A stretch of 64,000 nt of DNA, taken from positions 224,001 to 288,000 of the forward strand of contig CAVZIW010000003.1 in NCBI GenBank assembly GCA_963775465.1, written 5' to 3'. How positions within the stretch are numbered: the stretch's first letter is position 1; the number at the start of each line of letters is the position of its first letter. The position numbers and the translations under genes are program-made. This DNA comes from Candidatus Bathyarchaeota archaeon. GTDB taxonomy: Archaea; Thermoproteota; Bathyarchaeia; Bathyarchaeales; Bathycorpusculaceae. Under the pieces are notes generated by a model. The model had not been told where the DNA came from, did no database searches, and was given only the letters and a program-made list of their open reading frames with translations. Below are positions 20,358 through 30,456 of this stretch, piece by piece.

Positions 20358-21353
20358 CTACACTTTTTTGGATATTTTCTGCTTTAACAACAAAAGACAT
20401 TGGTCAAGGGCATCTTTGATTTCGCCTTTGCCGCTTACTCCTGCAGCCATAGCGTGTCCTCCTCCTGTACCCTTCAAAAATTCTCCCAAAGGAGTTGCTA
20501 TGTCTATACCTAAATGAACCCCAGCATATTCATTAAACTGACGGATACTACGTAGGCTCAACTCAACTTTTCCATTCTTTTTTCCCGCAACAGCCGACAT
20601 GTGGGCGCCTATATCCACTAACGCCTTAGCCGCGGGAGCCTGGTAAGCGCTGACATGGGATAATGCAATTATCCATCCTTCAACCTTTACGACTTTAGCT
20701 CTTTTACATGCTTTTAGTTTTGCCACTCGCTCTGAGGGCTCAATGGGCAGAGCATATTGGGCTAAAGTTGCCTGAGCATTGATGCCTACAGCTACCAGCT
20801 TGGCAACAACTTCAAATGTTGGAGAATTAGCTAATGCAAAGTGACGTGTATCAAATGCGATGCCAACAAATAATGCAGTGGCTTCGTTAAGGTTAGGCGT
20901 AACATCTGCTTGACTGTAGAGGCGGTAGATTAATTCACAGTTAGCAGCAGCTTTATCGTCGACCATGCAAACTCTGCATACTCGTAATGTTTCTGCACTT
21001 GGGGCATGATGGTCAATTATTATTTTTGGCGCTGTAGACTTCTTTATGACATCCGCAACTTCGTCAAGCTGCTCGACGGTATTCATATCTAAAAGGACTA
21101 TGACCTCTGCGGATTCGATGTTGGGTTTAAGATTTACCGAAATCGGTATGTTATCCAATAGAGTTTTTGAAGGTTTGTTAATACCTTGTGGGCAACCTAT
21201 CTCCACAACCACATCGGGCAAGAACCTTTTTAACAATCCCTGCAAGGCGTAAGCTGAACAAATCGCGTCAGCGTCAGCATTTCGATGACACAAAAGTAAA
21301 ACAAAAGAGGCCTTTTGTTTCTTTAAGGTTGATAAGATGTCTTTAAAGCTCAT
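20358..21353 (-). CDS. DHH/DHHA1 family phosphoesterase
   Basis: HRNADADA, IIDHH, DTRHF, GGGHAMAAG. Confidence 0.92.
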   Translation of the reverse strand: MSFKDILSTLKKQKASFVLLLCHRNADADAICSAYALQGLLKRFLPDVVVEIGCPQGINKPSKTLLDNIPISVNLKPNIESAEVIVLLDMNTVEQLDEVADVIKKSTAPKIIIDHHAPSAETLRVCRVCMVDDKAAANCELIYRLYSQADVTPNLNEATALFVGIAFDTRHFALANSPTFEVVAKLVAVGINAQATLAQYALPIEPSERVAKLKACKRAKVVKVEGWIIALSHVSAYQAPAAKALVDIGAHMSAVAGKKNGKVELSLRSIRQFNEYAGVHLGIDIATPLGEFLKGTGGGHAMAAGVSGKGEIKDALDQCLLLLKQKISKKV

Positions 21354-21637
21354 TTTATCTTTCTCAAAAAGTTTTCAGTTGCTTTATGCGCTTCATCCAC
21401 CGCTTTCTTAACCAAAGCTTCTGCATCTATATCTTTTGCTTGGGGTGATAAGACTAGCTCGATTTCTACATTAACGTTTACGGGTTTAGTTCCCTCGGCT
21501 TCGACACTAATGTCTAACCGGTCAACTTGTTTGCTGGAAATCTCAGAGAAAACGTATTTTCGGGCTGCTTCTTCTGCGGTTTGACATAAAAGTTCGATTT
21601 GCTCAGTGGTTAGCTCTGGAATGCCGAGCTCTACCAT
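21350..21637 (-). CDS. DUF3194-like protein (likely start ATG 21637)
   Basis: GIPELTTEQIE...AEEAARKYVFS; usual position between pfdB and the DHH gene. Confidence 0.7.
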   Translation of the reverse strand: MVELGIPELTTEQIELLCQTAEEAARKYVFSEISSKQVDRLDISVEAEGTKPVNVNVEIELVLSPQAKDIDAEALVKKAVDEAHKATENFLRKIK

Positions 21638-21653
21638 CAAGCATACAATCCTT

Positions 21654-22028
21654 TTAGGACAACGGTTGACCTGAGACGGGGCTAAGGTCTTCTTGAAGTT
21701 TTGTTTGGGCTTCTTTAACTTGGCTGCGTATCCTTTCTTCTTGTCTGGCAATTACGGTGCTACGTGTACCCAAAAGGTCTTTACGTTCGGTTAATTCTTC
21801 AGAGACCTTGGCTTTTTCAGCTTTAACTAGAAGTGAACCGATTGCTTTGTACATGACTGCGTCATCAGCCGTTTTTGTGAGCTCTGCCAAGGTTTGTTCA
21901 ACTTCATTCTTTTCCATTTCAACCTGCTGTTTCTGTGCCAAAATAGATTGTAAGGTCTGTTGTAGTTGCTGTAACCTCAGAAGCCTTTCTTGAACATTAG
22001 GCGGTAATTTCGATAGATCATCACTCAA
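21654..22028 (-). CDS. pfdB: Prefoldin beta subunit
   Basis: LPPNVQ..LQQLQQ, MYKAIGSLLVK hairpin between coiled coils. Confidence 0.95.
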   Translation of the reverse strand: MSDDLSKLPPNVQERLLRLQQLQQTLQSILAQKQQVEMEKNEVEQTLAELTKTADDAVMYKAIGSLLVKAEKAKVSEELTERKDLLGTRSTVIARQEERIRSQVKEAQTKLQEDLSPVSGQPLS

Positions 22029-22107
22029 ATCTAAATCCTTCCGTACCCAGAAAAGAGAAGCACTCTTAATTAAGCATTTCCAACCTAAAAAGGGATTTAG
22101 TCAGCAG

Positions 22108-23400
22108 TTAAAGGGCGGTTGAATTCCAGTAATAAACGTGGCGATAGCCCATATTAACCACTGGAAACGCGGGGTCTTGGTATACTATGTCCAGTTGGGT
22201 GCCATAGTAACCCAATAGCATGCTTGTTATCATTGCAACTTGACTTATTCGATTGTCTGTTGTTGTTGTCCAGAAACCCCAAATAGTGTCGTTAGGGTGA
22301 CGCATACCCCAGCCAAAATTCTGTGGCAACACCAAAGCTGCGTTGGGACCACTTAAATCCGGAAATTTCTGAGTTGTTATGTCGTTCCAGAATCTGTAGA
22401 GGTAAAAGAATTGGTCATTGCCCAATGTTCCATAATTTCCGTCTTGGTATGGATAGTTGAAAACGGTGATGAATTTTGCACCCGCTTGGTAGGCTGCCAT
22501 CATTTGATTGTAAATTTGGTATCCTTCGTCAAGGTAAGGTGAGGAATCGTATTTCCAGGTGATCATGGCGCCCCACTCTTTATTCTGCATGCGTGCAGCA
22601 CCTTTAACTAACGCTATCTGTTCGGCTACACTGGCATTCCAACCGAGTTCCGTAAACATTACGTTGTATCCGCCCAAATAATCCCACCAGTATAAGCCAT
22701 AATCAGAGGTGAAGGTGGTTATTCCGGCGTTGTTTAACTCGACAAAACCTGGATCAGATTTTAATACCCCGTTTACAAAGAAATTAGCTTCTAAATCATA
22801 GTTTTGAGGTAAAGTTCCGTTAATCATTGTGTCTTTCATTTTTTGGTAAATTTGGTAGAGGAGATCTGTTGTTTCCCAGCCAATTTTGTTCAAGTTTTCG
22901 CCGTTGATGAGTCTAAACCAGTTAGCCCAGTCTCCGTCAAGTTGGATTCCGCCTGGCTCATCATTGTAATATATTCCTAAGAATTTACCTCCCCAACGTT
23001 GGTTCCATCTTTCAATTGTATCATTGATTGGTTGTTGCCAAAACCATGTAGAGTCACTTTTATTGTCCACAACGTCAATGCCCAAGTTGACAATTATGTT
23101 TAAACCCTTAGCAACTGCATAATCACAAACTTCCTCCACGTTTGTTTCGTTTCGGCTAAGAGCATTTCTGCCTGAATCTAAAATGAATAGGTTTGTATAA
23201 CCCTCAACGCGGTCGATTAACGTTTTCGCATCTTCTGTGGTGTCTCCTCCATAAGCAATACCGACATAAACTCCGGGATCAGCTTTTGCTGGAGTAGCAT
23301 TAGAATAAAATAACTGGACACTAAAAATGGAAACTCCCAAAATTACAACAAGGAAGACTATACTCGCAATTTTTACTGCTCGTTTAGAAACACTACTCAT
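22108..23400 (-). CDS. Secreted or membrane-anchored hypothetical protein, possible glycoside-hydrolase-like TIM barrel
   Basis: N-terminal signal/TM helix, several NxS/T sequons, GIYYNDEPGG and MFTELGWN, aromatic-rich. Confidence 0.6.
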   Translation of the reverse strand: MSSVSKRAVKIASIVFLVVILGVSIFSVQLFYSNATPAKADPGVYVGIAYGGDTTEDAKTLIDRVEGYTNLFILDSGRNALSRNETNVEEVCDYAVAKGLNIIVNLGIDVVDNKSDSTWFWQQPINDTIERWNQRWGGKFLGIYYNDEPGGIQLDGDWANWFRLINGENLNKIGWETTDLLYQIYQKMKDTMINGTLPQNYDLEANFFVNGVLKSDPGFVELNNAGITTFTSDYGLYWWDYLGGYNVMFTELGWNASVAEQIALVKGAARMQNKEWGAMITWKYDSSPYLDEGYQIYNQMMAAYQAGAKFITVFNYPYQDGNYGTLGNDQFFYLYRFWNDITTQKFPDLSGPNAALVLPQNFGWGMRHPNDTIWGFWTTTTDNRISQVAMITSMLLGYYGTQLDIVYQDPAFPVVNMGYRHVYYWNSTAL

Positions 23401-23631
23401 GCTAAAGTCTGACAATACAATGTTTGTTCGTTCCCTTATATTTTCTGTAAAAAAACTAAAAAACACCTACAAAACAAGAGGTGCAAGATTTATCATTGAT
23501 ATAGAAGGGTTTGCTGCCTTACTCGAGATCAGGACAATAACTCCAAAGACTGTTTAGCATAAAAAAATTGTTGCAAGGTTATGTAGTTTGTGTGTGAAGT
23601 CTTTTTTAACTAGGCTGCGTAACCAACACTT

Positions 23632-24018
23632 ATGGAGCGAAAAATTTTGGACCGCGCTAAAGTCCTAAAAGAAGAGTTGGATCATCAGGATACACGTTTC
23701 TTAGCAGTCTACGTTGAATCTAAAAATTCATGTATGGTCATGCTAAGCGAAAAAGAAGACAAACTTGGAACAATGGCAATCGCTGTACCCAAACCCCAAA
23801 ACATGGTTGGCTCAGTCACCTCATCGATACTGTTGGGTGACAGAAACATTATTTCAGCACGTATGTTTGCTGAATATGTGGCCTCAAAAAAGGGCAAAAT
23901 CGCAGTGGTCTCAGTCTACCTAGAAAAAGCTACCGAGATTCAGGCGCAAGAGTTTTTCATGAATCTAATTGACAAGGTCCTTAAAGCCGAAAGTCAAAAA
24001 GAGCCAACCGCCATCTAA
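23632..24018 (+). CDS. Proteasome assembly chaperone 4 (PAC4/PSMG4)-like protein
   Basis: LGTMAIAVP...VTSSILLGD...ARMFAEYVASKKGKIAVVS resembles the PAC4 pattern as I recall it. Confidence 0.6.
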   Translation: MERKILDRAKVLKEELDHQDTRFLAVYVESKNSCMVMLSEKEDKLGTMAIAVPKPQNMVGSVTSSILLGDRNIISARMFAEYVASKKGKIAVVSVYLEKATEIQAQEFFMNLIDKVLKAESQKEPTAI

Positions 24019-24037
24019 TTCCCCATAAATTGGCGAC

Positions 24038-24535
24038 TTGATGATTAAAAAAATCACAGACCAAGATTTTAGAAAGATTTTGGAAGTAATTAATCAAGCC
24101 GCAATAGTCTACAAGGGAAAAATCCCAGTTGACTGCTGGATAGAACCATACATGCACGCCCCAGAGTTGAAGGAGGACCTCAACAGCAAAGTTCAATTCT
24201 ATGGGTATTTTGAAAATGACCGTTTAATTGCTGTCATGGCAATTCAACCCGTTAAAGATGTCACACTAATAAGGCATGCTTACACAATTCCCAGTCGCCA
24301 ACGACAAGGGAAAGGTGAAAGCTTGCTCAACTATCTATTGAATTTAGCTAGAACCCAACGCATTCTTGTAGGCACTTGGGCGTCTGCGCCGTGGGCAATC
24401 AAATTCTACCAGAAACATGGTTTTCAGCTACTTTCGAGAGAAGAAACAAATAATCTGTTAAAGAGATACTGGAATATTCCCAACCGACAAGTTGAAACCT
24501 CAGTTGTTCTTGAATTAAAAAGGCTAAAATCATGA
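24038..24535 (+). CDS. GNAT acetyltransferase
   Basis: RQRQGKG acetyl-CoA motif, AIKFYQKHGF. Confidence 0.9.
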   Translation: MMIKKITDQDFRKILEVINQAAIVYKGKIPVDCWIEPYMHAPELKEDLNSKVQFYGYFENDRLIAVMAIQPVKDVTLIRHAYTIPSRQRQGKGESLLNYLLNLARTQRILVGTWASAPWAIKFYQKHGFQLLSREETNNLLKRYWNIPNRQVETSVVLELKRLKS

Positions 24536-25599
24536 AAACCATTTTGCTAAAAGTAGAGCCAGAAAATCCCGACCTAACGAAAATCCAAGTTGCAGCGGAA
24601 ATAATTCGAAATGGTGGGTTAGTTGCTTTTCCAACTGAGACGGTTTACGGTTTAGGAGCAGACGCACTAAACCCTGAGGCTGTTGCAGCCCTTTTTGAAG
24701 CGAAGAAACGACCCTTGGACAACCCTCCCATCATCCATGTTGCAAATGTGAACGAAATTGACGCCTTAGTTGAGGAAGTTCCTCAGAAAGCCAGATTGCT
24801 AATGGAGACTTTTTGGCCTGGCCCCTTGACCTTAATTTTCAAACGATCCACTAAAGTTCCAAGCTTAACTACCGCAGGCTTAGACACAATCGCAATTCGC
24901 ATACCAAACCACAAAGTTGCCCTAGCATTAATCAATCAAAGTCAACGCCCCATCGCAGCGCCTAGTGCTAACCTCGCAGGTAAACCAAGCCCTACAACCG
25001 CTCAACACGTCTGTGAAGACCTCGGCGGCAGAATCGACGTCATAATTGACGGCGGAGCAACCAAAATCGGAGTAGAATCCACCGTTGTTGACCTAAGCGT
25101 TGATCCACCATTGCTTCTTCGACCTGGCGGAACGTCTTTCGAGACATTAAAAAGATCCCTTGGCAGTTTGGAACTTCATCCATTTGTGGACGCAGAAGAA
25201 GAATTACCCCTGCAAAAAATTAGGTCTCCTGGAATGAAACATAAACATTATGCGCCAAAAGCTGAAGTGATTTTGGTGGAAGGTAATATTGAAGCTACAG
25301 TGATAAAAATCAAAGAGCTATCTGAATCTTACAGGCACAAAGGCTTCAAGGTGGGAATCTTGGCAACCGATCAAACCCAAGAAGCTTATACAACTGACGT
25401 TGTTCGATCTCTTGGCAGCCGTTTCAACATAGTTTCTGTTGCTCAAAGCCTATTTCGTCTTCTGCGTGAAGTTGACGCTTTGGGTGTTGATGTTATAATC
25501 ACTGAGAGTGTGCCCTCTGAAGGTCTTGGTTTGGCCGTTATGAATAGACTCAGGAAAGCTTCAGGCTACCACATAATTAAAGCGGGGCAGGTCTCTTAA
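24532..25599 (+). CDS. sua5: Threonylcarbamoyl-AMP synthase Sua5
   Basis: FPTETVYGLG, KKRPLDNP, APSAN, SPGMKHKHY, C-terminal SUA5 domain. Confidence 0.97.
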   Translation: MKTILLKVEPENPDLTKIQVAAEIIRNGGLVAFPTETVYGLGADALNPEAVAALFEAKKRPLDNPPIIHVANVNEIDALVEEVPQKARLLMETFWPGPLTLIFKRSTKVPSLTTAGLDTIAIRIPNHKVALALINQSQRPIAAPSANLAGKPSPTTAQHVCEDLGGRIDVIIDGGATKIGVESTVVDLSVDPPLLLRPGGTSFETLKRSLGSLELHPFVDAEEELPLQKIRSPGMKHKHYAPKAEVILVEGNIEATVIKIKELSESYRHKGFKVGILATDQTQEAYTTDVVRSLGSRFNIVSVAQSLFRLLREVDALGVDVIITESVPSEGLGLAVMNRLRKASGYHIIKAGQVS

Positions 25600-25768
25600 T
25601 TGCTGAAACTAAAGAGAATACCTGTCTGTAGGCGTGAAGGTGTAGCAGAAAACTGATTTTGTATCAACATTAACGTTGTTTATCCGAATAATTGACATAC
25701 CTCTGAGAAAAATTTATATCCTAAAGATCTGTCTTTCCGTTTAGAATTATTTGGTATTGGTGAAGAAA

Positions 25769-27445
25769 ATGTCTCAAGGTTCAGGAAACATTCCCGTTCT
25801 TGTATTAAAAGAAGGCACAGGCCGATCAACCGGTCGCGAAGCCCAAAGAAACAACATTATGGCTGCAAAAATCGTTGCCGAATCAGTTAAATCAACGCTT
25901 GGTCCATGCGGCATGGATAAAATGCTTGTAAGCAGCATGGGAGACGTTGCAATAACGAACGACGGTGCAACAATCATGAAGGAACTCGACGTTCAACATC
26001 CAGCAGCAAAAATGCTAGTAGAGGTTGCAAAAGCCCAAGACAATGAAGTTGGCGACGGAACAACTACCGCTGTTATCCTCGCTGGAGAATTACTTGCAAA
26101 AGCTGAAAGCTTACTTGACAAAAACATACATCCAACAGTTATTATCGATGGTTATAAAAAAGCCAGCGACGAAGCCATGAAGATTATCGATAAAATCTCC
26201 ATCCCCATAAAATTCGAAGATGACAAGACACTCAAAGAAGTAGCAATCACATCCATATCGAGCAAAAGCATAAACGTAGCGGAAGACCATTTTGCAAAAA
26301 TAATCGTTGAGTCGGTAAAACAAGTCAGTGAAAAAATCGACGACAAATATGTAGCCGACATCGACCTCGTTAAGATCGTAAAGAAACACGGCAAAAGTCT
26401 AGACGAAACAGAACTAGTCAAAGGTATGGTTATTGATAAAGAAATAGCAAGCAGTGGTATGCCCAAACTTGTTGATGGAGCAAAAATTGCCCTCTTAAAC
26501 GCTAAGATTGAAATCGAAAAAACAGAGTTCGATGCAAAAATCAACATTGAAAGTCCAGATCAAATGAAAATGTTCCTTGATGAAGAAGAACGCATGATTA
26601 AAGATATGGTTACATCTGTGCAGAAATCTGGTGCAAATGTAATTTTCTGTGAAAAAGGCATTGACGATATGGCACTGCATTTCCTTGGCAAAGCAGGCAT
26701 CATTGCAGTCAAGAGCGTTAGTAGCAGTGACATGGAGAAACTCTCCAAAGCGACAGGGGCAATGATAGCTGCGAGCGTAAAAGATCTTACAGCAAACTCG
26801 CTTGGCAAGGCTAAACGTGTAGAAGAAGTCAAAATAGGTGATGACAAACTCATCTACATCCGCGACTGCAAGAATCCTAAAGCAGTAACGATTGTAATCC
26901 GCGGTGCATCCAATCACGTAATCGATGAAGCTGAACGAAGTCTACACGATGGACTTTGTGTTGTTAGAAACGCAATTGAGGATGGAAAAGTAGTTGCAGG
27001 CGGAGGCGCCCCCGAAGCAGAAATATCAAAGAATCTGCGCACATTTGCAGTTAAAGTCGGAGGTCGGGAACAGCTTGCAGTTGAAGCATTCGCAAACGCA
27101 GTTGAAGAAATCCCCTTAACTCTTGCTGAGAACGCAGGCTTAGATCCCATTGACATTATGGTTGCCCTACGTAGTGAGCATGAGAAACCAAACAGCAAAA
27201 CATTCGGCATCGAAGTAACCACAGGAAAAATCGTTGACATGTACAAAAAAATGGTGATTGAACCTCTCCGGGTCAAGCAACAAGTCATAAAATCAGCTAC
27301 AGAAGCAACTAACATGATACTGAAAATCGACGATCTCATCAGCATAAAAAGCGGCGGCAAGATGCCTCCAATGCCTCCAGGAGGAATGGGCGGCATGGGT
27401 GGCATGGGCGGAATGCCTGGCGGTATGGGCGGTATGCCCTACTAA
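25769..27445 (+). CDS. Thermosome (group II chaperonin) subunit with GGM-repeat tail
   Basis: [42 protein letters not shown]. Confidence 0.97.
   Translation: MSQGSGNIPVLVLKEGTGRSTGREAQRNNIMAAKIVAESVKSTLGPCGMDKMLVSSMGDVAITNDGATIMKELDVQHPAAKMLVEVAKAQDNEVGDGTTTAVILAGELLAKAESLLDKNIHPTVIIDGYKKASDEAMKIIDKISIPIKFEDDKTLKEVAITSISSKSINVAEDHFAKIIVESVKQVSEKIDDKYVADIDLVKIVKKHGKSLDETELVKGMVIDKEIASSGMPKLVDGAKIALLNAKIEIEKTEFDAKINIESPDQMKMFLDEEERMIKDMVTSVQKSGANVIFCEKGIDDMALHFLGKAGIIAVKSVSSSDMEKLSKATGAMIAASVKDLTANSLGKAKRVEEVKIGDDKLIYIRDCKNPKAVTIVIRGASNHVIDEAERSLHDGLCVVRNAIEDGKVVAGGGAPEAEISKNLRTFAVKVGGREQLAVEAFANAVEEIPLTLAENAGLDPIDIMVALRSEHEKPNSKTFGIEVTTGKIVDMYKKMVIEPLRVKQQVIKSATEATNMILKIDDLISIKSGGKMPPMPPGGMGGMGGMGGMPGGMGGMPY
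27378..27442 (+). repeat. Coding 9-bp degenerate GGM repeat
   Basis: ggaggaatgggcggcatgggtggcatgggcggaatg... in the chaperonin tail. Confidence 0.75.
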
Positions 27446-27579
27446 GCCCCAAACTTTTCTTTTTAGTAGTTTAATTATTAAGTCAAAGTATATTTGCTCG
27501 TTTTTCTACACTGCAATTTTTTTAGTGTAACCTTATATTCGGAATTGCAGATTTATTTTTGTGTCTTGGAGGCCTATCT

Positions 27580-28302
27580 GTGAAGCATGTAAAGATTTCA
27601 GCATTTGACTGCCCCGATGCATGGTTCAAAACATTAAATACCATATGGAGAGAAGGCGACGTTTTTCGAGTTGGTTTCGGGTCAGAGGAGACTGAGACTA
27701 AGAAACTGAATCTTTCGATTGAAATCACAAACCCTGAAAATAGACCATTAGTAAGCGAAAAAGCGCCATGTGACTTTAAGTATGTTCAAGGTTACGCACT
27801 GGAATATTTATGGTGCGGAGAAAAACAAGAGGATGAAACCTACACCTACGGCAGTCGTCTAAATCATCCGATTGACCAAGTTGAAGAAGCAATAAAAAGA
27901 TACATAGAAGAACAACAGGATCGGCAGGTCACGATGGTAATTAGGCTTCCGAGTGACATAAAAAAATACAGTGAAAACCATAAAAAAAGTGAACCGCCCT
28001 GCTTGAGTTTAATTGACACCGAAATTCTTGAAAATCGAATGCATTTTACCTGCTATTTTCGGAGTTGGGATGCATTTGGCGGTTTGCCTGCTAACATTGC
28101 TGGGCTGCAACTTTTCAATGAGGCATTCGTTAACGAAATAAACGAACGCGGCAATATGTCCATCAAGACTGGTAAACTGATTTTCCACTCAAAGAATTGC
28201 CATATATATCAACGACAATATAATCTGGTCAGAGAACTTTTGGAACCCAAAGGTAGCGTAAAAACCAGATTAGCTAAGACCCTGCAGCAAACCAAAGAGT
28301 AG
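27580..28302 (+). CDS. thyA: Archaeal thymidylate synthase (ThyA family)
   Basis: YTYGSRL, PPCL (catalytic Cys), FRSWD, PAN, CHIY; GGAGG before GTG 27580. Confidence 0.85.
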   Translation: MKHVKISAFDCPDAWFKTLNTIWREGDVFRVGFGSEETETKKLNLSIEITNPENRPLVSEKAPCDFKYVQGYALEYLWCGEKQEDETYTYGSRLNHPIDQVEEAIKRYIEEQQDRQVTMVIRLPSDIKKYSENHKKSEPPCLSLIDTEILENRMHFTCYFRSWDAFGGLPANIAGLQLFNEAFVNEINERGNMSIKTGKLIFHSKNCHIYQRQYNLVRELLEPKGSVKTRLAKTLQQTKE

Positions 28303-28305
28303 GAA

Positions 28306-29682
28306 TCAAAATTGTTTTTTTGTGGGGTAACTTAGTGATGTCCACGCAGTCATTCCTCCAAGAACGTTAATTGTGTTTTTAATCCCTGCACGTTCCAGTA
28401 TGCTTATTGCGATGCTTGTTCGGTTTCCAACTGAACACATGACGGCAATAGGCTTGTCGAATGGCAAGGAAGTGACTTTGTCTGGTAGATCGGCGAAGAA
28501 AATTAGTTTAGCCCCTTCAATATAGCCGTCATCTCTCCACTCGATAGGCTCGCGGACATCCAAGAGCGTAACTTCACCTTTTTCCATTTTCCTTTTAACT
28601 TCAATAACTGACATCGTCGGGTTACTGCTAAGCGGTTTTCCAGCTTCTTGCCACTCGTTTATGCCCTCGCAAAGGTAACCGCAAAGGTTGTCGAGACCTA
28701 ACCGCCTAAATCTTGGAACTACCACATCCATGTCTTCTGGTCGTTCATTTACAAAAAGCACATATTGATTGGTTTCGAGGAGAAAGCCTGGGTAAATGCT
28801 GGTTCCGCCAAGCCATATACTTAGTGAGCCCGGGATATGTGAACCTGCAAACGAGTAAGGTAACCGTGTGTCCACAATCGTTACAAACTCGTTACCTGCT
28901 TCTTCTTCAAACTCCGATTTTGATAGAGGTTTAGGGTAAGAGCACTCGTTCAGTAGGGGTGCTCCGTTCTGATTATATTCTTCCATCTTTTTGAAATATT
29001 TTGGCACAATAAACTCGTCGCGAAGACACCTTTGGATAAATTCTTCCTTGCTTAGCTGAAGATACGGGTTGGTTTTTTTCTCATAGCCGATTGTGGTCGG
29101 TTCTTGTCCGGTTATGCCGTGACCGCAAACGCTGCCCGCACCGTGTCCAGGATAAACTAGAAGGTGATTGCCCAAAGATAGTAGTTTTTCGTGGAGGCTA
29201 AAGTAAAGTTTTTCAGCCTGAATCGGTTGCGTGGTTTTGCCATAAAGGTCTGTTCGCCCAACAGAGCCAGCAAACAAAGTGTCTCCCGTGAGAACCATAT
29301 TGGGTTCAGAGCTTTTAGGGGGATAAACAAGGTAGCTTAGGGATTCATTTGTGTGTCCTGGTGTGTAGAGACTTTTGATTTTGGAGTTTCCTATGTTTAA
29401 ACTGTCGCCATCGGTGAGGTTGTGTTGACCATATTTGAAGGGCAAAGAGTTCCCATGACCAATTTCCGCCTCTGTCATGTTTTGAAGTTCAAGCGAGCCC
29501 ACAACGTAATCTTCGTTTCGATGCGTTTCAAGAATGTACTTAATTTGAACACATTTTTCTCTAGCTATTTTCGTGTAGACTTCACAGTCACGTCTAGGAT
29601 CAACGACTGCCGCTTCATTTCCATCAGATAAGAAGTAACTATTGTGAGCTAACCCTTCAGACTTTATCGTTTTCAGCTGCAT
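28306..29682 (-). CDS. MBL-fold hydrolase fused to two rhodanese domains
   Basis: VVDPRRD, ETHRNEDY, TPGHT, TGDTLF, PGHGAGS.CG; LDVRE...MCSVGNR. Confidence 0.9.
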   Translation of the reverse strand: MQLKTIKSEGLAHNSYFLSDGNEAAVVDPRRDCEVYTKIAREKCVQIKYILETHRNEDYVVGSLELQNMTEAEIGHGNSLPFKYGQHNLTDGDSLNIGNSKIKSLYTPGHTNESLSYLVYPPKSSEPNMVLTGDTLFAGSVGRTDLYGKTTQPIQAEKLYFSLHEKLLSLGNHLLVYPGHGAGSVCGHGITGQEPTTIGYEKKTNPYLQLSKEEFIQRCLRDEFIVPKYFKKMEEYNQNGAPLLNECSYPKPLSKSEFEEEAGNEFVTIVDTRLPYSFAGSHIPGSLSIWLGGTSIYPGFLLETNQYVLFVNERPEDMDVVVPRFRRLGLDNLCGYLCEGINEWQEAGKPLSSNPTMSVIEVKRKMEKGEVTLLDVREPIEWRDDGYIEGAKLIFFADLPDKVTSLPFDKPIAVMCSVGNRTSIAISILERAGIKNTINVLGGMTAWTSLSYPTKKQF

Positions 29683-29892
29683 TTAATCACCAGGATAATT
29701 GCAGAGAAAAAAATTGAGTGCTTCGAAAACCTGGATGGGCAAATACCCTTTAATTGAGATTTATTTCTCCGCGACAAAATAATTTAGCCTCAACAAAAAT
29801 ATCAACGACCATTAAGATTTATTCTTTTCTAAGGCTTCTCCAGAGTAATATTTTATAGCTTATCGGCGTAATTGTAAATGAGGAATTAAGTT

Positions 29893-30402
29893 ATGGGTCA
29901 CAATATGGCTTCGTGGAAACTTCTGGAAGAGATGGTTATTGAAGTAAAGAAAAAAGGTGTGAGTATTCCAGAGAACATAATGGGTGATTTAAGATCCGCC
30001 AAATCCATGATAAAACTCCATTGTACTCAAGCACAAGGAGCCGGTGACGCTCTTCAGAAAGCTGAAGAATTATCGGCGAACGTCGAAGCCTTTATTGTAA
30101 CTGAAGCCCAGAAGCTTTTTGGCTCGGAAAAAGTGGATTCATGGCTCAGGAGATTAGAGGAAGCAAACGCTGAAGTCTGTGAAGAACCTGTTATTGAAAA
30201 CAAGTTTGTCACAGGTGTTCCACGAGACCAAAAATGGGTTCGTGTAGAACCAATAAATACCCTGTCAACTCAGCGTTTAGGTCAATTAGCTAAAGAGCAA
30301 AATCTTCAAATTACTCCGCAAAAAGACGGTAAACTCGTTGTGTACGGGCAAAATGAAAGTTTAAAAGAATTCATCAAAAGAATGACCCAAGAATTTAAAT
30401 AA
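29893..30402 (+). CDS. DUF2096-like conserved archaeal protein
   Basis: WKLLEEMVIE..KG..IP...LRSAKSMI; GVPRDQKWVRV. Confidence 0.6.
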   Translation: MGHNMASWKLLEEMVIEVKKKGVSIPENIMGDLRSAKSMIKLHCTQAQGAGDALQKAEELSANVEAFIVTEAQKLFGSEKVDSWLRRLEEANAEVCEEPVIENKFVTGVPRDQKWVRVEPINTLSTQRLGQLAKEQNLQITPQKDGKLVVYGQNESLKEFIKRMTQEFK

Positions 30403-30456
30403 TAATCGAAGAAACCCGTTTTGATTTCAATAATGACTAAGGCGCCCTCGAGATAC

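Noticed and set aside
21638-21751. N-terminal extension of ORF 21350-21751
   Set aside because: It overlaps pfdB in another frame; ATG 21637 gives the expected size.
27378-27442. GGM repeat as an unusual element
   Set aside because: Standard chaperonin C-terminal tail.
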